DNA from: Okamejei kenojei
Taxonomy: Eukaryota
Assembly: GCA_035221665.1 (NCBI GenBank)
Contig: CM069153.1
Span: 30,070,001-30,134,000, forward strand
Length of the DNA stretch: 64,000 bases
Reading direction: 5' to 3'
Position numbers and translations under genes: made by a program
Shown here: in pieces, positions 61,001 to 64,000 of the stretch
Layout of the letters: each line of letters begins with the position of its first letter
Numbering within the stretch: the first letter of the stretch is position 1
Notes under the pieces: generated by a model
What the model saw: only the letters and a program-made list of their open reading frames with translations
What the model was told of the DNA's origin: nothing
The model's database searches: none

Positions 61001-64000
61001 CCGGGACATCTTTAACACAGGCATGTCGAGTGGAATATTTCCAGAAAAGGTGCTCAGTGGGCAAGAAATGCTCAGAAGCCTTTATATTCACTCTGGCCTC
61101 TCTTCTGAGAACTCTCAATAAATTAAAAATATAGCAACATCAAACCAATCAAGACTTTGGCTGAATTAATTCAAATCAAAACAGTGGCAAGTGTTCATAA
61201 CCATGAAGTTGAATGTGTAATTTTCAGTGTCTGGGATAGTTTTGTTGTTTTTGAACAGTTTATTTTCAATATCACAAACTACCACTGACAGCTTTAGCAA
61301 GAGTGCTGGTCTTGCAGTAATCTATCAATGCAGACCTGAACTCACCATATTTATCACCTTCTAAACACACAGCGCCTTGCATACCTGCTCCTCCCAGACA
61401 CAAATGTTGTGGAGGTGTCAGTGCAGGCTTCATGGCAATAACAATGAATGGCGGTGCTGGCTCGAAGGGCCGAATGGCCGCCTCCTGCACCTATTTTCTA
61501 TGTTCCAACACCTTCCACGGAATGTATTACAGTGCAGCAGGCATGGGGACTGACAATGGATGAGAAGGAGAGTATAGGTTGATGCTGCAGGCACGCACCC
61601 TCACTGGGGAACAGCAGCAGGGGTGCTGAGAGCGATCCACAACCTTCATAAACTCTATTCCTCACAGAGTGTCAGTGGGACTTGTAATCGTGACAGATAT
61701 CACAAAGAGATATCATAGATATCACTCTGCCCTTGCCCAATGCTTATATTGTGGAGAGCAATTTCAAATGGTCACATTTGCAAATCATTTTCCTCCTGTC
61801 CAAGACGGGTGGAGCTAACTTTGTCTTCCTAACAACCTGGTAGAAACAATCAAATCTGAAACAGTATGGTCTTTAGAGATATAGCATGGAAACACGCCCT
61901 TTGGCCCAGCGAGTCCTGCTGACCAGCGATCCCCATATAGTTCTATCCTATCCTAGGGACAATTTTTACAGAAACGAATTAATCTACAAACTTGTAGGCC
62001 TTTGGAACGTGGGAGGAAACTGGAGCACCCGGAGAAAACCCACACACTCACATGGAGAATGAACAAGTTCCATACAGACAATGCCTGTAGTCAGAATCGA
62101 AATTGGATCTCTGGCACTGTAACTATGCCACTTAAATGCCACATTGGGCATTCACATCTCAAACCACTCGTGGGGGGGGGGGGGGGAGAGAATTTCATCC
62201 ATTACAAACTGCATCTACCCATCTCCAACGCATCAGTTCACAACCTACTGCATCAGTTCACAACCTAAATAAAATTTGGAAACCATGAATCATTTTCCTT
62301 CCACTTCACAATTATGCACCACTTTGTGTTTGTCTATCACATAAAATCCCAATAAAATACATTTACGTTTGCGGTTGTAACGTGACAAAATATGGAAAAA
62401 TTAAAGGGGTATGAAAACTTTTGCAAGCCACTGTATATGGATAGGAAAGGTTTAGGGCGATATGAACCAAACGTGGACAATTGGGACTAGCTTAGATGGG
62501 ACATCTTGGTTGGCATAGACAGGATGGGTCGAACGGCCTATTTCCTTGCTGTATGAGTCAGTTGTTCAAATATATCATGTTATTTACTCACTTCATGGCC
62601 ATCTATATAAAAATTAAACTCCACGCCTCTCCTACATATCATCTTCCTCTTAAATGTAGTCAAGGTAGGTTGGCCGTTGATCATACCTTGTGCCTGACAG
62701 GGAATATCGACCACTCTCTCGATCTCAGCGCTGATGTGTCGCTCAGGCTCGTGGACCAACTGCGGGTGCTCTGAAAGACGACAAAGATTGAATCATGATC
62801 AGCAAAACACAACTCTCTGCACAATGAAATTGATCCAATATTCCTATCGGTGACTATTGAATATAGTGAATACAGAATGCAGTGAATACAGGTCTGAAGA
62901 AGGGTCTCGACCTGAAAAGTCACCCATTCCTTCTATCCAGAGATGCTGCCTGCCCCCCTGAGTTACTCTGAAAGCATAGAGCCTTTTACTCAGGGGAGGG
63001 GAATCAAAAACCAGAAGACACAGGTTTAAGGTGAAAGGGAAAAGATTTAATACGAACCCTAGGGGCAACGTTTTCACACGGAGGGTGGTGGATGTACGGA
63101 ACGAGCTGCCAAAGGAGGTAGTTGAGGCAGGTACTACAGCAGCATTTAAAAGACACACTGACAGGTACCGAAAAAGTTTAGGGGGATATGGGCCAAATGC
63201 GGACACATGTAGATGGGGCAAGTCGGTTGCCATGGACAGGTTTGGGCAAAGGGCCTGTCTCCATCACTCCACGCCATATTTTACATTGAGAAGATAATTT
63301 AGAAGCTACTAATTAATCAGACTGTTGCCACTATAAACTCGCACTTGTATATATGTAATCTCCACACTCTATCAGTCCGAGATATTTGCTTCCATCTGCA
63401 GCATGGGGGGTTTAACAAGCCATTGGTTAAAATTAACTGCATTCCAAATGCAATTAACACAAATGACCAGCATTACTGATGCATCACTTCAAATCTAAAC
63501 AAAAAACATGTTGAATTTATCGCCAGCTGCGAAACAGCAGTAAAATTCTAATTAAAAAAAATCAGTAACCTTGATAATACATTGTGTTTTCATGTTATAA
63601 TAGTTTACATCCTTCAACTAGTAATAAAATAGATCAATTTGATATAGATTTCAGACATCATTGATCTGCAAGATGTTTTGTGGCCATATATAAGTAAGCG
63701 CTCTGTTGCTTTGCATTGATATCGCGTTTTAAAATATGTATTGAACTTCGATTTGTTTGTCTTATTATGTTATCTTTTGGGCGCTGTGTCTATAGATCTG
63801 TAATGCTGCTGCAGGTAGGAATTTCAGTGCGTGTGACAATTAAACGTGCTTGACTCTTTACAGACGTGGCGAACTCACCCAGCACAGAGAGATAGGCCCC
63901 TGCACTGGCTGACGGGACGCTGCTGCTTCGGAGCACGGCTTCACACTCGTAGTGGCCCGCGTCTCGCGCTTTCAGGTTTAGGATGGTCAGTTTCCGGTGG
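862..64000 (-). CDS. SDK2: Sidekick cell adhesion molecule 2, partial multi-exon gene (21 coding exons in window; end of Ig3, Ig4-Ig6, FNIII 1-7); continues beyond both window edges
   Basis: Exon peptides join in frame with consistent phases and follow the recalled vertebrate SDK2 order ([14 protein letters not shown]; [16 protein letters not shown]; SQTWSGDIG; YCLAGLPV; [18 protein letters not shown]; ERTLDD). Confidence 0.95.
1178..1470 (+). mobile_element. tRNA-derived SINE (HE1/V-SINE-like)
   Basis: A box TGGCGCAGCAG, B box GGTTCGATCC, central TTCCTCCCA..TCCAAAGA, CR1-like tail, (CTAAA)n. Confidence 0.85.
1988..2305 (-). mobile_element. HE1-like SINE, diverged
   Basis: Reverse complement of the same family. 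Confidence 0.7.
2685..2900. mobile_element. PLE-derived fold-back (inverted) short repeat
   Basis: Arms GACACAGACTGCTGGAGT... and ...TCCAGCACTTTGTGTC around CTGAAGAAGGGTC. Confidence 0.75.
2922..3113. mobile_element. PLE-derived fold-back short repeat with 16-bp TSD
   Basis: Axis at GGGTC-TC-GACCC; flanks ATGAGAATTCATTTGG and ATGAGAAGTGATTTGG. Confidence 0.8.
3275..3390 (-). CDS. SDK2: SDK2 exon, 116 bp, FNIII-7, GC donor
   Basis: (V)[38 protein letters not shown], translated by hand (absent from ORF track); donor AAG|GCAAGC. Confidence 0.9.
4461..4496 (+). ncRNA. Minimal type I hammerhead-ribozyme-like motif in PLE-derived repeat
   Basis: CUGAAGA 4465-71, extra A, helix II GGGU-CUCG-ACCC 4473-84, GAAA 4485-88, palindromic ACGU helix III, GUC cleavage triplet 4490-92; helix I only about 2 bp. 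Confidence 0.55.
4885..5480 (+). mobile_element. Rex1/Babar-like LINE 3' fragment
   Basis: Degenerate [33 protein letters not shown]; homologous pieces at 13360-13630 and 58255-58880. Confidence 0.65.
5825..6115 (+). mobile_element. HE1-like SINE
   Basis: GGGCGGCACGGTGGCGCAG head through GGGCCGAAGGGCC tail. Confidence 0.8.
7668..7990 (+). mobile_element. HE1-like SINE
   Basis: Same head, core and tail motifs. Confidence 0.8.
9439..9678. mobile_element. PLE-derived fold-back short repeat with 16-bp TSD, inside a LINE-tail repeat
   Basis: Inverted arms of about 95 bp; flanks ACAATGGAAAGACCAT and ACAGTGGAAAGACTAT. Confidence 0.8.
10138..10442 (-). mobile_element. HE1-like SINE
   Basis: Full-length reverse copy. 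Confidence 0.85.
12147..12443 (-). mobile_element. HE1-like SINE
   Basis: Full-length reverse copy. Confidence 0.8.
12798..13094 (+). mobile_element. HE1-like SINE
   Basis: GGGCGGCACAGTGGCGCAG head. Confidence 0.8.
13095..13350 (+). mobile_element. CR1 LINE fragment
   Basis: CTGGAGTTTAGAAAGATGAG...GAGTCTAGGACCAGAGGGCAC, homologous to the 53100 copy. Confidence 0.8.
13826..14547 (+). mobile_element. GC/CpG-rich non-coding retroposon-like insertion in a CR1 tail
   Basis: Splits CR1 3' UTR (GGCCTAATTCTT...CTGCTCC); ends AATAAA plus (AATCT)n; family not recognised. Confidence 0.55.
15938..16385 (-). mobile_element. CR1 LINE 3' fragment
   Basis: [34 protein letters not shown]; (TTTCTATG)-type tail. 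Confidence 0.88.
17515..17755. mobile_element. PLE-derived fold-back short repeat, about 20 bp from an SDK2 donor
   Basis: Inverted arms with GACCCTTCTTCAGAC and GAAGAAGGGTCCTGACCCGAAAC. Confidence 0.75.
17774..18011 (-). CDS. SDK2: SDK2 exon, 238 bp, FNIII-6
   Basis: [20 protein letters not shown]...[36 protein letters not shown]; donor G|GTGAGT. Confidence 0.93.
18706..19575 (-). mobile_element. CR1 LINE internal RT fragment
   Basis: [15 protein letters not shown]; [15 protein letters not shown]; frameshifted. Confidence 0.88.
19884..20034 (-). CDS. SDK2: SDK2 exon, 151 bp, FNIII-5/6
   Basis: [50 protein letters not shown]; donor GTG|GTATGT. Confidence 0.93.
20153..20453. repeat. 20-bp minisatellite (TACCTGTAATGGGTGAATGG), left part
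   Basis: About 15 degenerate tandem units. Confidence 0.95.
20456..22082 (+). mobile_element. Full-length Tc1/mariner DNA transposon, Passport-like IR/DR type (1627 bp)
   Basis: TA TSD at 20454-55 and 22083-84; about 211-bp TIRs (20456-20666, 21872-22082) starting CAGTGGCTTGCAAAAGTATTCA with an inner direct repeat; transposase inside. Confidence 0.95.
20846..21864 (+). pseudogene. Tc1 DD34E transposase, inactivated
   Basis: [18 protein letters not shown]...GRPPKL...WSDET...QQDTDPKH-(34 aa D to E)-NPIENLW...GGSTKY*; frameshift near 21248 and in-frame TAA stops near 21376 and 21397. Confidence 0.92.
22083..22469. repeat. 20-bp minisatellite, right part, running into the SDK2 exon end
   Basis: About 20 units; last unit is the exon end plus donor at 22451-22469. 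Confidence 0.95.
22455..22564 (-). CDS. SDK2: SDK2 exon, 110 bp, FNIII-5
   Basis: [36 protein letters not shown](R); donor CAG|GTACAG. Confidence 0.92.
22752..22952. mobile_element. PLE-derived fold-back short repeat
   Basis: AAGATAGACCCAAAATGCTGGAGTAACTCAGCGGGTCAGGCAGCATC and its inverted copy; possible TAATCAC TSD. Confidence 0.75.
23750..24032 (+). mobile_element. HE1-like SINE
   Basis: B box GGTTCGATCC, core and tail. Confidence 0.75.
24190..24620 (+). mobile_element. PLE 3' fragment (endonuclease C-terminus + terminal repeat)
   Basis: [22 protein letters not shown], homologous to 35990-36040 (-), followed by CTGAAGAAGGATCTCGACCCGAAATGTC and the short repeat. Confidence 0.8.
26015..26296 (-). 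mobile_element. HE1-like SINE
   Basis: Reverse copy. Confidence 0.75.
26504..26752 (+). mobile_element. HE1-like SINE, 5' clipped
   Basis: ACAGCGCCAGAGACCCGGGTTCAATCC onward. Confidence 0.75.
27027..27395. repeat. About 32-bp minisatellite (TGTAAGTGTCTGTGTGTTTACTCTACCTGAG) overlapping an SDK2 donor, split by a MITE
   Basis: Copies at about 27027, 27300, 27331, 27364. Confidence 0.8.
27060..27299. mobile_element. PIF/Harbinger-like MITE, related TIR, left tip degraded
   Basis: CCTGTCCCACTTG.CGATTTTTTCGGCG and CGCCAAAAAAAACGCCAAGTGGGACAGGCCCT; TAA on both sides. Confidence 0.75.
27390..27511 (-). CDS. SDK2: SDK2 exon, 122 bp, FNIII-5
   Basis: (E)[40 protein letters not shown], translated by hand; donor CAG|GTAGAG. 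Confidence 0.92.
28050..28836 (-). mobile_element. HE1-like SINE split by Harbinger-like MITE
   Basis: Body 28050-28306, head 28804-28836. Confidence 0.75.
28307..28803. mobile_element. PIF/Harbinger-like MITE (497 bp) inserted in a SINE
   Basis: TIR AGGGCCTGTCCCAC...GTGGGACAGGCCCT, inverted similarity over about 110 bp; TAA TSD at 28304-06 and 28804-06; host SINE reads GCTG-TAA-GGCAGC once it is removed. Confidence 0.85.
29222..29413 (-). CDS. SDK2: SDK2 exon, 192 bp, FNIII-4
   Basis: [63 protein letters not shown]; donor G|GTAGGA. Confidence 0.93.
29432..30020 (-). mobile_element. CR1 LINE 3' fragment ending about 20 bp before an SDK2 acceptor
   Basis: [12 protein letters not shown]...[12 protein letters not shown]...[10 protein letters not shown]. 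Confidence 0.9.
30462..30560 (-). CDS. SDK2: SDK2 exon, 99 bp, FNIII-4
   Basis: [32 protein letters not shown](G), translated by hand; donor G|GTCAGA. Confidence 0.92.
30600..30826. mobile_element. PLE-derived fold-back short repeat
   Basis: Inverted arms around GACCCTTTTTCAGAC and TGAAGGAGGTCCTGACTCGAAAC. Confidence 0.7.
31155..31385 (+). mobile_element. CR1 LINE 3' end
   Basis: TGGAATTCTCTACCTCAGAAGGCAGTGGAGGCC through (TCTATG) tail. Confidence 0.8.
31575..31977. mobile_element. Non-autonomous DNA transposon, hAT-like (403 bp)
   Basis: TIR of about 33 bp, CAAAGATCCTAT...GAGCAAGATAG.CCACTC; 8-bp flanks CTCCAGAG and CTTTAGAG. Confidence 0.75.
33116..33161. repeat. (ATTC)n microsatellite
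   Basis: About 11 ATTC units. Confidence 0.85.
33200..33395 (-). CDS. SDK2: SDK2 exon, 196 bp, FNIII-3
   Basis: [65 protein letters not shown]; donor T|GTAAGT. Confidence 0.93.
35660..37110 (-). mobile_element. Penelope-like retroelement (PLE), degenerate RT C-terminus + GIY-YIG endonuclease + terminal repeat
   Basis: GVAMGTRMG and LRYIDD RT motifs at about 36930-37065; [53 protein letters not shown]; 3' end is the abundant short repeat. Confidence 0.88.
37170..37456 (-). mobile_element. HE1-like SINE
   Basis: Reverse copy. Confidence 0.8.
38921..39102. mobile_element. PLE-derived fold-back short repeat with perfect 17-bp flanking direct repeat
   Basis: TTGCTCCCACTAGTGTT at 38904-38920 and 39103-39119; axis GTTTCGG-G-CCGAAAC. 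Confidence 0.85.
39891..40006 (-). CDS. SDK2: SDK2 exon, 116 bp, FNIII-3
   Basis: (V)[38 protein letters not shown]; donor AAG|GTAATA. Confidence 0.93.
40290..40560 (-). mobile_element. HE1-like SINE
   Basis: Reverse copy. Confidence 0.8.
41315..41496 (-). CDS. SDK2: SDK2 exon, 182 bp, FNIII-2
   Basis: [60 protein letters not shown]; donor G|GTAAGT. Confidence 0.93.
41885..42142 (-). mobile_element. HE1-like SINE
   Basis: Reverse copy. Confidence 0.8.
42250..42390 (-). CDS. SDK2: SDK2 exon, 141 bp, FNIII-2
   Basis: [46 protein letters not shown](R); donor AG|GTACCG. Confidence 0.92.
42530..43195 (-). mobile_element. Two adjacent CR1 3' fragments
   Basis: Reverse-complement CR1 ORF2 end and 3' UTR motifs. 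Confidence 0.7.
43812..43959 (-). CDS. SDK2: SDK2 exon, 148 bp, FNIII-1
   Basis: [48 protein letters not shown](R), translated by hand; donor AG|GTAAGG. Confidence 0.92.
44483..44692. mobile_element. PLE-derived fold-back short repeat
   Basis: AAGATAGACACAAA...TTTTGTGTCTATCTT inverted arms. Confidence 0.7.
47153..47407 (+). mobile_element. HE1-like SINE
   Basis: Same motifs, internal deletion. Confidence 0.75.
47962..48098 (-). CDS. SDK2: SDK2 exon, 137 bp, FNIII-1
   Basis: [45 protein letters not shown]; donor A|GTGAGT. Confidence 0.93.
48745..48955. mobile_element. PLE-derived fold-back short repeat
   Basis: CAAAGTGCTGGAGGAAC...GTTCCTCCAGCACTTTG inverted arms. Confidence 0.7.
49167..49343 (-). 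CDS. SDK2: SDK2 exon, 177 bp, Ig6
   Basis: [58 protein letters not shown](R); donor AG|GTAAGT. Confidence 0.93.
50256..50358 (-). CDS. SDK2: SDK2 exon, 103 bp, Ig6
   Basis: [33 protein letters not shown](R); phase 1-2. Confidence 0.93.
50665..50835. mobile_element. PLE-derived short repeat, partly inverted
   Basis: GAACTGCAGATGCTGG...GAGTAACTCAG and CTGAGTTACTCCAGC. Confidence 0.65.
51070..51835 (-). mobile_element. CR1 LINE 3' fragment, diverged
   Basis: [23 protein letters not shown]; GACTCTATGACT tail. Confidence 0.85.
53100..53552 (+). mobile_element. CR1 LINE 3' fragment
   Basis: [17 protein letters not shown]...FRKEMRRN. Confidence 0.85.
53788..56066 (+). mobile_element. CR1-type LINE, 5'-truncated, disrupted ORF2 (end of APE endonuclease + RT)
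   Basis: SDHNTISF; KSPGPD; [16 protein letters not shown]; QHGF; DFSKAFDKV; PQGSVLGP; KYADDTK; stop at about 54950 and a frameshift; (TTATATGG)n tail. Confidence 0.93.
56624..56958 (+). mobile_element. HE1-like SINE
   Basis: Full length with (CTAAA)n tail. Confidence 0.8.
57620..57749. repeat. 17-21 bp minisatellite (CTTACCCCACACACTGGGAC) overlapping an SDK2 donor
   Basis: 7 degenerate copies; the last is the real exon boundary at 57740/57741. Confidence 0.9.
57741..57908 (-). CDS. SDK2: SDK2 exon, 168 bp, Ig5
   Basis: [55 protein letters not shown]; donor G|GTAAGG. Confidence 0.93.
58255..58880 (+). mobile_element. Rex1/Babar-like LINE 3' fragment interrupted by a PLE-derived repeat (58578-58685)
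   Basis: GGAAAGCAGCCAACATAATCAAAG..CACCCCGGTCATTCC shared with 5210-5255. Confidence 0.65.
59615..59731 (-). CDS. SDK2: SDK2 exon, 117 bp, Ig5, GC donor
   Basis: [38 protein letters not shown](G); phase-1 join to the next exon requires G|GCAAGT. Confidence 0.9.
60231..60520 (+). mobile_element. HE1-like SINE
   Basis: Same motifs. Confidence 0.8.
60786..60980 (-). CDS. SDK2: SDK2 exon, 195 bp, Ig4
   Basis: [11 protein letters not shown]...[30 protein letters not shown]; AG acceptor, GTAAGT donor. Confidence 0.93.
61872..62120 (-). mobile_element. HE1-like SINE, diverged
   Basis: Reverse copy. Confidence 0.7.
62268..62433 (+). mobile_element. Solo right TIR fragment of the same Tc1 family
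   Basis: Near-identical to about 21917-22082, ends GCAAGCCACTG then TA. Confidence 0.9.
62687..62770 (-). CDS. SDK2: SDK2 exon, 84 bp, start of Ig4
   Basis: tttcAG| (E)[27 protein letters not shown](G) |GTATGA; phase 1-1. Confidence 0.9.
62975..63270 (+). mobile_element. CR1 LINE 3' fragment
   Basis: [33 protein letters not shown]. Confidence 0.8.
63879..64000 (-). CDS. SDK2: SDK2 exon (truncated by window edge), end of Ig3
   Basis: [40 protein letters not shown], donor G|GTGAGT. Confidence 0.9.

Noticed and set aside
862-64000. SDK1 or DSCAM as the gene identity
   Set aside because: Stretches such as [31 protein letters not shown] and [14 protein letters not shown] match my recollection of SDK2; a reciprocal BLASTP or tree would settle it.

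Overview
Vertebrate genomic DNA, most likely an elasmobranch (skate/ray/shark), judged from dense HE1/V-SINE-like tRNA-derived SINEs and CR1 LINEs sharing their 3' tail. The whole window lies inside one minus-strand gene, sidekick cell adhesion molecule 2 (SDK2). I could join 21 coding exons by hand (64000 down to 862, about 3.1 kb CDS, every splice phase consistent), covering the end of Ig3 through FNIII repeat 7. Two of the 20 complete introns need GC donors. The introns hold a full-length Passport-like Tc1 (DD34E, 211-bp TIRs), a 2.3-kb CR1, a Penelope-like element (RT + GIY-YIG), PIF/Harbinger-like and hAT-like MITEs, about 18 SINEs and Rex1/Babar-like fragments. Two patterns stand out. 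(1) Three unrelated minisatellites are each built from an SDK2 exon end plus its splice donor, giving arrays of decoy donors. (2) More than 20 short Penelope-derived repeats carry a minimal hammerhead-ribozyme-like core, and many are fold-back palindromes with 16-17 bp target-site duplications whose axis lies at or next to that core. Family names come from recalled motifs, not database searches. Repeat boundaries are approximate; exon boundaries were counted by hand.
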